This document shows, in pieces, positions 12,301-25,560 of a stretch of DNA of 64,000 nt. Position numbers and translations under genes: made by a program. Positions within the stretch are counted from its first letter, which is position 1. The number at the start of each line of letters is the position of its first letter. The DNA comes from Schizochytrium sp. TIO01 (taxonomy: Eukaryota > Protista > Bigyra: Labyrinthulomycetes): NCBI GenBank assembly GCA_004764695.1, contig SMSO01000033.1, positions 1,364,001 through 1,428,000 on the forward strand, in the 5' to 3' direction. The notes beneath the pieces were generated by a model that was given only the letters and a program-made list of their open reading frames with translations, was not told the DNA's origin and did not search any database.

Positions 12301-15300
12301 AACATAATCGGTGCTGTTCTCCTTGTGCATGGCCTTCCATGCAACCTTTGCTAGTTCGTTAGATGTTTGATCAATTGTAAATAAAATGACAGCTCGGCGA
12401 CGTGGAGCGCCACCAACGTAAAGAAAGAACCGTTTAAATGATGCACCAGAGCCGAGGAGGTAAGGAGTTACGACTCGTGGTACTCGTTGAATCTCGGACA
12501 TTGTGAACGGCTTGTTGGCAGTACCATCACCCGAAAGGTTTTTCCCGTTGACAGAAATCACACAGCCAAGATCATTCAGAATGCGGGTCTCCATCGGTAT
12601 TTGCATCTCATAAACTCCTGCAACATTTGGCTGCTCTAGGATATCAGCCATAGCTTTGGCGTGCTTACGCAAGTATGCTTCAGGCGCTTCCAACATGTAG
12701 AGATTCTCAGGAGTATGAGAATGAGGAAGCTTCCACCGTGCAGCACCCTTGACATCAAGCCACGCTGGTGCTTCTGCTGGATTACAAGGTTCACGAGAAT
12801 TCAGAAAGAAGGTGCGACTGACACTCATGTATAACACGCGAATCTCATCTTTCTTTTCTGGAATAACGTACAGCTTGTAGTTGCCAGGTTTCTCCATAGC
12901 TCGAACCTCCAGCACTTGAAGATAGTTAAAAGAAGTAAGATCTTCGCGTCTCTGTACAAATCCTTCTAGTCCATTGCGAAGATTAAACGTTTGCTCAGCG
13001 GTTCCATTGGCAACAGCCTTCTTTCTGTGCCTTGTAGCGTTCCTGGCGTGTACGCCACATCTTCTTGCGACTTGCTAGCCAGCCGTCAAAGTCTTGAGGT
13101 TCTTTGTCATTTCTTTCATCTTCTTCCTCATCGTCTTCATCCTCTTCGTGTCCTAACTCATGACCATCTGAAACAGCACCAGAGTCGCTGTTACTGCCAT
13201 CCTCAATGTCCATGGAATCATCCTCAATGGGCTTTGGCTTTGACTTTTTCTTCCCTTCCTTATCGCTTCCTGCATTGGACTCCAGTAAGTCCTCGATGTC
13301 AGCAACCTTAGGAGTTGTTGTATTCTTCAGCTTCGAGCCCGTCTTAAAGAGGTTTGTAAGCTTACTCTGCTTGAAGCGGTCGTTCTTCTCGCGCACATCT
13401 CGCAAGAGCCAATCAGGGTGTTCAATGCGTGGAACTGGGTTTGCAACATTTTGCAAGGCAGCTGGAATTGTAATAATCTTTTGCACGGCCTTGCCTAATC
13501 GTTCAATATAGTAATCCCAATCGACAATAGAGCGTACATCGAAGTCGGTGATAGAATTGTCGCGAAGCCAACGTCGGAGAGCCTGGCGCTTGACATCCTC
13601 GCTGAGTGAGAAAATAACAGCAGGAATGGCGCGCGAGGTGGTCATTTCACCGACTGGTTGACGTGCAATCAGCAACTTGCAATTCAGACCTGCATCACGG
13701 ATCATTTCAGCACCAAAGATTTCAGATAGGCGCAAAGCGGTGGTCATAGCCACAGACTTTTGGTCACCATAATCAGCAACTTTTCGACTCATGGAGCGAT
13801 TCTCACTAATCAGATCGATAAGCTCCTCATCACTCAAGTCTTTACCACGTGTGAAAAGCACGTCTAGCCAAAAGTTTGCAATTTCTGCCACAGCGTCATA
13901 ACATTCATTCAAAGATGAGCCAAGTAAGAACTTCTCAAATACTTGACTTTGGAAAATCTTGATGATTTTCAGCTCACCACGACGCTTCAGTTCAAAGCCT
14001 TTGAGCTCTGCTAGGGAGCCGTCATGGTTAAACACCGCATAACGTTTTTTCAGTAATTTACCTTCCTCCTGAGAGGCTGGCAGAACCATGCAACGGTACG
14101 GCCCATCAACTTCAAAGTAAATGCAACATTCACTACGAGTGTCATACTGAAGACGCTTCGGATCCACCAAGGTTTGATATTGGTCATTAGTAAAGTGAGC
14201 ATGAACATTAGCATTGAGCATGACACATGGGTATGAGATTGGGATTTTGCGACCAGATGCAGTCTTGAATGCGAAGTTCTCTGGGAAGCTTGCTGGTAAA
14301 ATACACCAAATACCATCAGTATCGAGCTCAAGTGGGCGGCCAATTCTTTCCACTAATTGGCGAGCTTGCTTAATGATGTTAGCTCCGGTATGTGTCACAA
14401 TACCAGCCATTTCCATAGAATGCCAACGGGCTCCTTTGCGCATCACATAACCATAGAATGAGTTAAGAATACACTTGTGGGCCAGCTGAAGGGAATCATA
14501 GAGCAACACTTTGTTACGCGCTTCGTCAAGAGCTAAAGGATCCACATTGGCAGATCCAGTCTCGAGCTGCTTTTCCACAGTAGCCTTTTGTTTCGACCAC
14601 TTCTTAGTTAGTGCTTTGTAATCGTAACGTCGATCACGGAAAGCCTTGATCGTGTCAACATAAAAGGAATTTTCGCGCTGACAAATAGTAGCTGTCTTCT
14701 TAGAGATTTCGGTATCTTTAACACGCTTGTATACTGTCTGCGAGTAGGTCTTAATACGTTGACGAAGTAGGCGGTTACGTTCGCCGCGAGGTAGCTCATG
14801 ATAGGGCACACCATCTACTTGCTCATACTCAAGCTGAGTTTTGATAGATTGAAACTCAGATTTTTTCGCAGGATAATATTCACCACGCCAGACCCAATCC
14901 ATGTTTCGTTTGCAAGTTGCGTTTGGCCCGGTATTGAATGAGCACGAGGCACAATCTGTCTCATTCACAATGGCACTTGGCTGCAAACGGTTTGTCAAAA
15001 TAATGTTTGGATACATAGCTGCCACATCTAAGTGATAGATAGTGGGTGTCTCTAAACGAACGGGTGTATCTCTCAACATTTCAAGAGCTTCTACAATCTC
15101 GCTTCGTACTTCATCGTAATTGATAACTTCACGACGGGGTGTACCAGTCTCAATTTCAACAGCAAATGTTAGATCTCGATCAATGTTAGCAATGAGTTCA
15201 TCGAAAGCCCCAGGATCTAATCTAAACTTTTCAGGCAAATCATCTCTATAAACTCCTGTCTCCAAACATTCAACGTGGCCACCCACATACGTATCCTGCT

Positions 15301-16990
15301 CAAGTAGCTGACCCTTGTCAGTGAACTTTTGAGCAGCTTCGACTTGCTTGTTAGGACAGAGGATATTTCCGTGACGTGCCTCAACCATGAGAAGCATCTC
15401 GCAGAGGGTACCCGAACCTTTACGGAGTACATCCTCCGCGTTGAGCGGAATAATTGTACACAGCGAAAAAATAAACAGGTTGATATACTTGTCGAAGAGA
15501 TAGTAAGTTGCGACAGCATCGGACACGGAATACGATGCCATATGGTGAGGTCTTTCGCGCGCAAACCGCACCATGTCTTCTGGATCTACCTCTACGGGGT
15601 CATAACCAAGCTTTGCTTTTGTAACAGCCTTCAGACCGCGTGAACCAGCTGGCAAGTAGGAATCACGGTTTACCCAGTACAGACAATCAATGTGCACTGA
15701 GCAGCGGCCACGGTACTCACCCTCACGGTTCGCACCTACACCAGTCTCATTACGCAAGTCCATGTCGTATGTAGCAGCACGTTTCTCAATGAATGGCCAA
15801 TCAAAAAAGTCACCGTTGTAGGTGACCCAAACGTTTGGACGCAACTCACGGCAGTGCTCAAAAAATCGTCGCAAGGTAGCCTCCTCGTCAGGTTCGTTCA
15901 TGACCTCAAAAGGTCCGGCATACTCGGGCTTTGGAGTATATTCAAAGTCCTCAATATCTTCAGTCACAACTTCGCGATTGATGATCAAATAGCCCTGGCC
16001 ATCAAACATATACGAAATCATGAACACTTGGTCAAATGATGCATCAGGGAACTTGTGTGGTTGTTTTGTACACTCAATATCGAAGGCAAGGATTCGTGGT
16101 TCAGCCTTTTCGACAAGGTCAAGTTTGCGCACATCGACACCAACTCCATCAGCACCAGAGCCGTCTGAAATGCGCATGTTTACCTCATACCAACTTCCGA
16201 CATTAATGTCCAAATCAATTGATACACGGGTTTGGTATTGTACATCGTATTCACGGAGATCAATAATGGCCTCCATCAAGTCATCGGGCAAGTCTGCGCC
16301 ACCATCTGCATCGTGACCTCGAAAGTCATAAGCTTCGGCAGCTTTGGAGCGCGACTTATTTACTTTGACAGCATCTTGAATCTCTGCGCGAACACTCATT
16401 AGATCACTCACGTTACGAAAGAATAGTTGAAGTAAAACGCGGTGTTTTCCTGCCAAGTGGTCAGCCATGTCGAGATCTTCGCGGTCCACAATTTCCAGCT
16501 CATCAAGCTCGCTGTTGAAGCGGCGCTCAAGCATTGCCTTGGTCTCTTTGATAAATTCATCTTTGACAAGGACATAGAAGTATGGGCGGTGCATGACCTT
16601 AGACTTGAAGGTGGTACCGTCCTGTTGCAAAAAGTAGAGCTCCAAGCCAGACAGCTCCACAGGTTTTTCCAGCGTAGGGTCGACAACACTGACGGTTGTT
16701 GGCAGCATGTTGAGTAGCCAGCCAACCCGCGCTGGTCCCTCTCGAAACTCATCGAATTGAAACATTTCGTCCACGCGCTCGCCCTGCTCTTTTAAGGCAT
16801 CGCGAAAGTCCTGTGTCGCCTTAGATTTTGGCCTCAAGCGTTGACCACCACCTCCAGCACCGCTTCCACGGTTATCTTCTTGCCTCGAGATGCCTCTGAG
16901 GCCACGTTTCTTAAAGCCTTGGCCACCTTGACGACGGCCCGACCACGCGACTTTCTTTGCGCCGCCTCGTCGACCATTTCCACGCATCAT
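9316..16990 (-). CDS. POLE: DNA polymerase epsilon catalytic subunit (Pol2), ~2557 aa after removing one extra base near 13022; present as ORFs 12995-16990 and 9316-12915
   Basis: Exonuclease motifs LAFDIECTK and TYNGDFFDWPF; polymerase motifs YHLDVAAMYPNII, KCILNSFYGY and ELDTDG; CysX CASCSFN..C; C-terminal CAHC..CPEC and CIKC..CAC metal-binding motifs. The +1 frame is open across the break (..KAVANGTAEQ..YLQVLEVRAMEKPG). Confidence 0.97.
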
Positions 16991-19073
16991 TTTGTACTTG
17001 GATTAAGTGAAGAACTGCAAGCACCTCAATTTATCGCAAGAGAATGAAATGGTTGATTTTACCGAGTAAATTTTGTGAATCAAACTGGTTGTGAGTTGCA
17101 CAATAAATGCAAGAGCTATTCTTGATTGAAGTTATAATCCTCTTGCAAGCCAGAAAACGTATCGATCACCTTGCCTTGGCTTTTCTGTGTTGTATGACGC
17201 AAGAAAGCACGCCACAGACCTTGTTCGTGCGTCTCAACGACGAGGCAATCAGTAAGCGAACTCGACCCTGTCCTTTAAATTGGCTGAGACCACACACAGG
17301 TCCCCACCCAGCCAGCAGGCCCTCTCCTTGGGCCTACGCGAGCCTAAACGCGCACCCCACCGGTCCTGAGCGGTCGGTGGTTCGTAGTTTGCAACTTCAA
17401 ACAGAAGAAGAATAAAAGTTCTCCACCGACGATAAAAGTTTTCAAAAGTCTCCCTTCCCTACCACTTTGAACTAACCTAACGGCGACTTTGCAGATTTAA
17501 AATGCATCAACTCCATGGTTATATTTTGAGTTGCGCAAGCAGCAGTTGAGGCGAATAGTGATAGTTAGCAATCTTAGAATCCTTCGTTCTGAGTGTCATG
17601 ATGTGCAAGGAGGCTATTGAAGTTGTCTTGGTCTTCAATTACTCGCTCCAATGAGGTCCACTTATGATTGTCAGTTTCCTACTGATCTCATAACCTCATA
17701 ATAAGGGCTTTATTTTAGTGGTCGTTAGGTTGAGTTTACTATAATTGCAGTTAGCTCACTGTTAGGGTAGGTACATGTGCTAGGATCTTGTAATGGGAAG
17801 TATGTCTGAGTGATTTCGAGGAAAAGGATAGCCTCTCTGAGAAAATGCCTAGTGGCTAATATTGTACCTTGAAAGGGAAGACTTCATGAAAATAATCAAA
17901 TTGAGAGAATTACTATATAAAAGTGACGCTAAATTATATCTTTGAGTAGTAGCTTTTGCTACCACGATGTGATTTGAACCAACAATATTCAAGCCTGTAT
18001 ATGATCTTTTCAATATCGATTTCTGTTTCAATCTTCTAGTGTCTTATGCATCAAGATTGGGCCGAAGACAGACAGTCTAAAATAGGATTATAATCTGCTC
18101 GTCTGCTAATTTACTTGATCCAGTCGAATTTTAATCTTTGTTCAGTGCTGCTTTCTTTATGAATGGGTACCATTCATACCTGGGAAATGCTATTACTGCC
18201 ATATGTTTCTGTATGAAAGTATCTCAAATGCAGAGATCCTCTTATACATGCTCATATGCTCAGTCACATTCATATGACGGTAATAATCTCTGCACCGGTA
18301 TTCAAACCGCACCCCAGGATCTCATAGTTGGGATCATTCTCAGCAAGAACCCGCAAAGCCTCACATGCCTGTTTGCCCACCCACGTTTGCTCAATGTATG
18401 CTCATCTCGGCCAAATGTCTTGCGTCCATATTCAAACTTTGTTCCAGGATCCTGAAGGCACGATCGTTTAAAGCGAGGACTCTTAGCGCGACACATGCGT
18501 ATATTTGCACGTTTGGGTCCATTCGTTATAATCTCTGCATTTACATTTGAACCCTTTCCTTGGTTTCAATCATTTCAAGCTAGCTAGGATTCACAATGTG
18601 CAACATAATGTATATTTACACGAATACATCTAATCGTTGTGCGCGCATGATGATCGCGAGCTCTGTATTCACATTTAGATTTTGCAACAAGATCCGTTAG
18701 TAGCAACCCTAAGAGCAAACAAAACTCAGCAACAATCGAAATGGACCTATTGTTTGCGAATCACTTGTGTATAGCAATTTGAAAGAAGGTCGTCAGTTGT
18801 GACCATGACTTGAACTTAAACAAGAGAAAAAGAGAAAGAATCAAGAAAAAAAAAAAGAAAAACCAGATGGCTGACATATTATAAGCAGAGATTACGGGAT
18901 GGCAAGGGGTGGGAGGCGAGGCGACAAAGCGAGCCTCTATCCACCTCCCCACCAATAGGAACGAAAGAAAGTAAAAGTGCTTTTAACTATAAAAGCGATG
19001 AACAGGACAAGTACGTTGAAAGTCTCGATCATTGTGCTTGAAGGTTGAAATGCGGCAATTTCAATGATGATAT

Positions 19074-21129
19074 TCAAGAAGAAGAGGTTCGGTGATAGAT
19101 GATTCTGCTCAGAAAGCGTTTCTTACGGAGTATGCGCATGTGCGGACGGATTGCATGTCGAGCAGCAGCAGCGGCTTGACCAGGCGTAAGGGGATTTCGA
19201 CTAGAACTAGTCACTTCGTTTGGAACCACTTCTTCATCCTCTGGAGCATCCAAATCATCATCTGAATCATCTACAGAGCCGCTAGATCCATCAGGAAGAT
19301 TCTTCCATGTCCTCTGAATCATTAGATACATCCTCTTCTCCAGAAAGGAAATCGAAATCAAAATCATCCGAGGATGCAAAGCTATCCGTGTCCTTCAGAT
19401 CTGGACTAATAATACGGCTTGCTTGCTTGTAAACGTCCTCGATTTCGTTTGAACTGGGGCGAAATCCCTGCAGACGCAAAGTGAGATCTACACTTTCCTC
19501 TTCAGAACTTTCAAAGACTTTTCGTGCAAAGTTCACAAAACTTTCGTACGATGACTTCAGAACACGATTTGTGTCAGTACGCGACTCGTGCCATGCACCA
19601 AAGATGTCGAATCTCTCTAGATCATTGGAGATGAAAACATCGCCGTTGCGGAATGTCTCCTTTGCGGAAGCCTGCAAAGCATTGGACACGCGTAGCATTT
19701 CGCGAGTAATAGGATACCTCTCAGGGATCATGCCTACATAGCGTGAACTAAAATGCGTAAGAATTAAACTTTTGGCACCAATTGCCTCTGCAAAAGCTCC
19801 TGCGAGCTGTGGTGTCGAATGGCCATGGCTCAAAGTGCGATCCAAGAGAGCTTTACTCATACGTTCATCATGCCAGGCGCCAGTGAGAGCTGGGAGGTAA
19901 GCGTTTGTGGATTCGTGTAAAAGCACATCAGCATTTGCAGCGAGACCAGCAATATTTGATGCATCGCAAGTGTCGCCAAGAATGACAACCTTCCTTCCAG
20001 GTTTGCTAGGACCAATCATGTCTTCTGGTTTTAACAGTCCTGTTGGGAGCTTGAGTTCATAACCGGACTTGAGGTAGCGAAGCGAGCGCAAAGGATCCCG
20101 GACCCCAATAGTATTAAACAGTTCGCGATTTTCCGGCTGTCTGAGGATCTGTTTTACGCGCTGTCCATCTAGCGACCCTGGGTATGACCGCTCTTCAATC
20201 ACATATCCGATGCAAGGTACATTCTGCGAGTGTCGTACTCGTGCTGCACATATTTTCGCAACATTGCTAGGATCATGTTGGTTGGGGGGGAACACCGTCG
20301 GGATGTCATCCCAAACGTTGTACTCATTACTGCGAATGTTTGGACCGAGGATTTCGCATGGGTGCAGTGTGTTGTGAACAACCTCGTCCTCTGGTTTAGA
20401 GACGGGCGTCCTGTACGGATGTAACTCCGTCACCACGTATTTATATGGGAAGTGAACGCCAGATGCAAGTAACATGGTTCTCAGTGCAATGCGCAGGTTT
20501 GGTGGTCCAAAAATCTCAAGTGGAGGAAGCTCGTTCTTCCTTTGTCGCGTGTTATGGTCGGCGGCGTCTATGGCAGGCTCGCACATTGCGCACATGAGGG
20601 AAGGCAGTCCGAAGAAGTGATCTCCATGAAGATGTGTGATGTATATGCGTGAGATGGCGCCCAGCCTAACGTCGCAGCTGGAGCGCACGCTGGTCTGAGT
20701 GGTCTCGCCACAGTCAAAGAGCCAGGCTGTCCTGCCAAATGTCAGGGCGGAAGCAGACACATTGCGCGTCTTCGTCTGCGCCATGCTGCCAGTGCCGAGA
20801 GTCACGAGCTGCATCTTGGGCGGGCTGAGCCGGCTGCCAGGCCCCTGGTTGTTATCGACACCCTCATGGTATTTACCTAGTACTTTACTAACGATGGGGT
20901 CGTCTAGCCTGCCACCAGAAGGGTTCTCGCGCAGGTCTGCGGTGCCGCGCGATGAGCTGTGTTTGTTGCTGCTACGTCCATACCTCCGTTGCGAATGCCG
21001 CTCACCACCCTTGGACGAAGCCGCCTTAACACCTTTGGATGAGGCGTCCGAGCTCAAACTCGACGCCCATCGTACTCCGTGGCAAGGTGACGCAGGCTGC
21101 AGCCGAAGCACGCGTATTGAGCTCCACAT
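19074..21129 (-). CDS. ELAC1: Short-form ribonuclease Z (tRNase ZS, ELAC1/bacterial Rnz type) with N-terminal extension; main ORF stops at 19291, with a probable +1 continuation to 19074
   Basis: LGTGS, RNVS, WLFDCGE, ITHLHGDH, GRKVVILGDT, HEST, HGHST and LTHFSSRY motifs. First in-frame ATG at 21129 (MWSSIRVLRLQ). Confidence 0.9.
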
Positions 21130-22555
21130 GGAATCAAACCTGCGCAATGGCACACCAAAGTTTTGAATTTTTGGATTTTGAATTTCGCGAGGAGCTACCG
21201 CACTTCCCCAGCGCCCACGCCAAGGAACAGTGGACGAGCTTAGCCCGCGCAAAATCTTGCCGAATGGCTCGAGACCGCCTGAGGTGCGGACGGAGAGCAA
21301 AGATGGGGAAGGAATCAAAGGAAACCTCGAGGCCGGCAGCAAGAATCTTCGTGCCAAAGGACCCCCGCCTTAGGCAAAAAGCTAAGCGGGGCAGGGTAGG
21401 CCGCCCCTGTGTTTAAGTCCACGGACTTCACGCCCTCAAGGCGCCCGCGGGCCCTGGATATGCACAGGGAGCGCTCTGAACGGCGCACGTGGGCTCTGCG
21501 GCGGTCAGCAATTCAATGAACCAACATCCCATTTATTTCATAAGCCTTTTCTTCTCGCTCTATGTAGCAGCAATATCTAACTTGTGCGAAGTGAAGAAAG
21601 CCACTATAAGTGAAGTATTCAGGTCACATACAATCGAGATTATAAAATCACCCATAGTAGAGAAAACATGGAAGTAGCGGTTAAAGGGCAGCTTTTCTCG
21701 TTTTTTTTGTTTGTTTTTTTCCTGCTCTCGTAGTTTTTAACAAGGAATATATATATATATCAAGGACATAATAAGTGATCTACTGGTCGTGAGGAGAGCG
21801 CAGCATACCCCCATAGGAGCAGCATTCGTATTATACTTGGGGGTAAGGAGGGAATGGTCACCCGGGAGTCAATCAGAAAGATGCACCAGAAGCGAGACGA
21901 ATGCGAGCGGTCAAGAGCGAAGCGACGTGTCTTATATCACATCATAGTGTGAAGGAGGCGGATATTCAGAAAGTAGTGTCGAGTAGAGAGGCACAGTTGC
22001 AGAGATTGGCTTCCGTAGAGTGCTGCATTAGATTGATTTTACATTGAAAGGGCTGGGCATTTTAAGTTATAATAATATATCAACTCAGATGTTGACTAAC
22101 AAGCTCATATCTATCGTAGGGAGTGTTGAAAAAGCCAAGCGATCGGTCAATCCAGATAAAATCAGCAAGGAGAGATAGAGCTGGTACTAGGAGGTACTTG
22201 TAGCAAATTCAATTTCAAGTATTTTTAAATATAAGCCTATGTGTAGTCAGTCTTACATTAAATTTTCTCAGTTAAATGACCATTTCCATAAACAGGTTTA
22301 ATCTATATACGTATGATTAACAAGGTGTACAGAAGCATATGATTCTTATCGCACACAGGGTGGTAATCTATGACAGACTGTTGACTTGCCAATATATTTC
22401 TAGCATGCTGATGTGGACGAGAAGGCACGTTCAGTCTGGGTCATCTGAAATGTCTCGAGTCAAAGCAAACCCAAAACATTTCATTTTAGAGCCTTGATCC
22501 ATTTGCTTAGCAGATCAGAGTTTGCTTTTAATTAATACACAGCAAGAAAAGTAAG

Positions 22556-24046
22556 ATGGGTATCGAGGTTGCACCAGATGTGATTCTCCGGGTTCAGGGT
22601 ATCGAGCATCATGTGTGGCATATTCATAGCGAAGTGCTGAAGAAAGCAGCCGGTGCATTGCAGTTTAAGTCTGCAACAAATCAAGTTAACAATTCCTGTA
22701 GGGCTCACGACGGGTACAGCTCAAAATACAAAGTTTATCCAAGCATAACAACGCTTGAGATTGACTGGCCGGAAGCTTTCAGTAATGCCAGTGGATCCGC
22801 TGAAGAAACAGTGTGTGCAACTCTTCTTTTAGTCTATCACCGTGGAGGTTCCAGCAAGTCCGCGCCATGGACTGAGCCAGGAGCTGTGACGCAAGCATTA
22901 CGCACATTGGTAGGTTGCCAAAAGGCTCCACACGTTATTATTGAAAGCTTCTTGCACAATGCACTTCGCGCATTTGAACGAGCTTGCAACCCAACTATAG
23001 AAGACCTTCGCAGCATTCGACAGAAAAGTGGTTCTACGGCCAATCTTGTCGAGCTCATTAGCAAAGCGATGGACCTTTGTGGACAAGCGCTTTCACTCAA
23101 TCGCCAACAGATTCGCTATCAGCAACATCAAGAACTGCAGTGCAAACATCTGGAACAAGACTGCCCACCGGGACAACATCAACATCACAAGGATAAGGAA
23201 AACTTTCCCTTTGTAAAGGTGGTGAAGGTAACAAGCGAAACTGATCCCTTTGATAACGGCTGTGTAATCTCCGAGGCGAAACGCTGTGATAATATTGTTG
23301 ATAGACACTCCGTGCCAGACAAATCCCATTCAAAAAGTCCAAATCAAGTCCAAACAGCCCAAACTAATAATACGAGTACTCGCGATCAAACGGAACAAAA
23401 AGAACTATCCTTAGTGTTGCAGCATTCATCTGCCAAGGAGACTCACTCTCGTGAAGAATTAAACACACCACAGGAATTCGGGGAGCATGAAAAGGGTGCA
23501 ACTAAGCAATGTGTTACTGATGATGTAAGCTCAGAGCGCGATCTTGCTGATGTGCTTCAACAACTTGCGGGCGCACATCGAAAAGTTGCTCGTCTCAGTC
23601 GTCTCCTGGAAGTCAAGCTCCAAGATAATGTCAGAATGGGTGAGCATTTACAGCGGATCGAGGATCAGAACCGTCGCTTAGTGGAAAGAAATGCTGCTTT
23701 GCAAGCAGATTACAAACGAAAAAACGAAGAAGACAAGTCATCGGCTAACAGGGCCATCAAAGATAGCAAAATCCAAGCAGCACAAGCTAAAAAACCCAAG
23801 CCACCAACATCAAAACAATCATCCCACCATCCTTATTCCCGAAAATCTCAGGCTCCACGCTGCGCAGCTGGTAATGAGGGAAACGTTCTTCATACTCGCA
23901 TAGCTCGTGCTTGCCAAGCTGGTTCTTCTCATATTCACGTGCCATCTTCTGCACACACTGATGTTAAATCTTCGAGCCCGAAATATCAATCCAAGAAACC
24001 TACTCCTAGTATTGCCAATCCCTGTGTTAAGCGTGGAAATCCCTAA
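22556..24046 (+). CDS. Hypothetical 496-aa protein: possible N-terminal BTB/POZ-like fold, coiled coil, basic disordered tail
   Basis: Long ORF with aagATGG start; DVILRVQG..HIHSEVL resembles the start of a BTB domain; heptad-like segment LADVLQQL..LQADY. Confidence 0.75.
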   Translation: MGIEVAPDVILRVQGIEHHVWHIHSEVLKKAAGALQFKSATNQVNNSCRAHDGYSSKYKVYPSITTLEIDWPEAFSNASGSAEETVCATLLLVYHRGGSSKSAPWTEPGAVTQALRTLVGCQKAPHVIIESFLHNALRAFERACNPTIEDLRSIRQKSGSTANLVELISKAMDLCGQALSLNRQQIRYQQHQELQCKHLEQDCPPGQHQHHKDKENFPFVKVVKVTSETDPFDNGCVISEAKRCDNIVDRHSVPDKSHSKSPNQVQTAQTNNTSTRDQTEQKELSLVLQHSSAKETHSREELNTPQEFGEHEKGATKQCVTDDVSSERDLADVLQQLAGAHRKVARLSRLLEVKLQDNVRMGEHLQRIEDQNRRLVERNAALQADYKRKNEEDKSSANRAIKDSKIQAAQAKKPKPPTSKQSSHHPYSRKSQAPRCAAGNEGNVLHTRIARACQAGSSHIHVPSSAHTDVKSSSPKYQSKKPTPSIANPCVKRGNP

Positions 24047-24257
24047 AATTTGTACATTGACAAACCAAATGCTGCGGTTTAGATTGCAGACGCAGCATCA
24101 TCAGACCTGTGACCGTGACAATCTTTTTGTTTGAGATGAAAACCAAATTAGACCCAGGCTGACTAAAGAAAAAAGTCTTGAAAGAAGAGAGCGCGCATTA
24201 CACCTAGGTAGAGGTACTAGCTAAAATGTCATAACAAATTATATACAGCATAGTTTA

Positions 24258-24258
24258 A

Positions 24259-24308
<50 letters not shown>
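24258..24308. repeat. (TAA)n microsatellite, possible 3' tail of the adjacent minus-strand LINE remnant
   Basis: About 17 AAT copies. Confidence 0.9.
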
Positions 24309-24310
<2 letters not shown>

Positions 24311-25560
24311 TAGATAGACAAATAAACTTGAAAATAATATTTAAAATGAAAGTCACTTTTTTAAAGTTAGAAAAGAAGGATAAGAATAAAGAACTAGTCT
24401 TACTATTTATATTTGGTATTCTCAGGTTATCTCCCCTATATGGTTTCTCTAGTATGGGATCCCCTTCAAAGTAGAAATTACCATCACCTAGAACCTCGTT
24501 TGGCCAGCTGTCCTGTTTGTTCTTGCTAATGTCCACGCCACTTATAAAAGTCATTGAGAACCTTGAAGTTCTCGTATCCGACACATCGTTTCTGTCCCTT
24601 TGTACGGTCCCAAAGATTATCATTAAGTGGTCCAACGCCACTATAAGTCTCTTGTTTCCTATTTCCCCGACTATCCGCTACCCTAACCCGCTTCCACTCT
24701 ACCCCTCAACTGTCTGTTGATCCCTCCTTTCAAGGGTACACATTAAAAAATATCAATATCGAGCAGACCTAGGTACTACAGCATTCTAACCGAAAGCTTA
24801 GCAACAGTATATTCTCCGAGTGCAAGAAGAACTCCCGAGACGCGCTGCCACTGGCTAGGTCTAGCTAGCTGTTCTTCTGTTATTGTGGCGTTTTTCATCC
24901 TTCAAGTTGTTTATTCTGGCGCTCTTCGTCGCTGCGGCCGGACCCGATTCCACTTCTTCGCAGCCGCGTCTCCGGAGGAGCGCAAGAGATGCCACAGGTA
25001 CTTAAGGCTGCGAAACTCAGGATAATTGGCGCATACTCTTCAATATTTTGCATCCTGGCGCCGCTGTTGAAATGACAACGACCACTCTCGAGAATGTCTT
25101 CTCGAATCATGAAGCAGCACCGACCTGCGGTGAGAAAGTATTCCCCTTCCCCTCTTAAGTCCTAAAACACTCTTGTCCTCCTCTCCTCTGACCACCGCAT
25201 CATCCTCCCTCTCACAACCCCTTCAAACCACTCTGAGAGCACTTTGCCTCTATCGCCACTGGCTTGTCTTACATGTATATGCACTATACACGTTTCTCCA
25301 CAGTAAGGGATGGCGGCCTGGTTTTCCCTCTGAGAATTAGATCCTCCACTGCCTCTCCCTCCACTGGCGTTGCCTCTGGGGTTCCAGACTCTTGCCCAGG
25401 TCCTGGCGCTGATTTGGAGTGCCTTCTCGCCAATCTTTGAGCTGCCTGCGAGTGCGAACTAAAGCCGTGTCTCGGGGGACTTAATCGCTGTCTATTCCTC
25501 CTTTTCGAGGGCTTCTCTGCTGCAAAGGCTGCCAAACTCTCGCTTGTATCTCGAATCCCT
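24258..25560 (-). mobile_element. Highly decayed non-LTR (LINE-like) retrotransposon reverse-transcriptase remnant
   Basis: Minus-strand translation across stops and frameshifts gives, in the expected order, GKVLSEWFE (~25245-25222), EWSLSF(N)..CKIL (~25087-25040) and RSLKYLWHLLRSSGDAAAKKWNRVR (~25012-24938). These resemble the LINE RT W.L.FN..KC and FKYLG..L...G motifs. A simple-repeat tail follows. Confidence 0.5.

Noticed and set aside
9316-16990. Possible viral PolB or intein
   Set aside because: The motifs and two-module structure are those of cellular Pol epsilon, and no intein interrupts the catalytic motifs.
17107-18955. Short ORFs between POLE and RNase Z
   Set aside because: All are 105 aa or shorter with no recognisable motifs, consistent with intergenic sequence.
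21130-21357. Upstream TTG-initiated extension of the RNase Z ORF
   Set aside because: Non-ATG start; the first ATG at 21129 gives a plausible targeting peptide.
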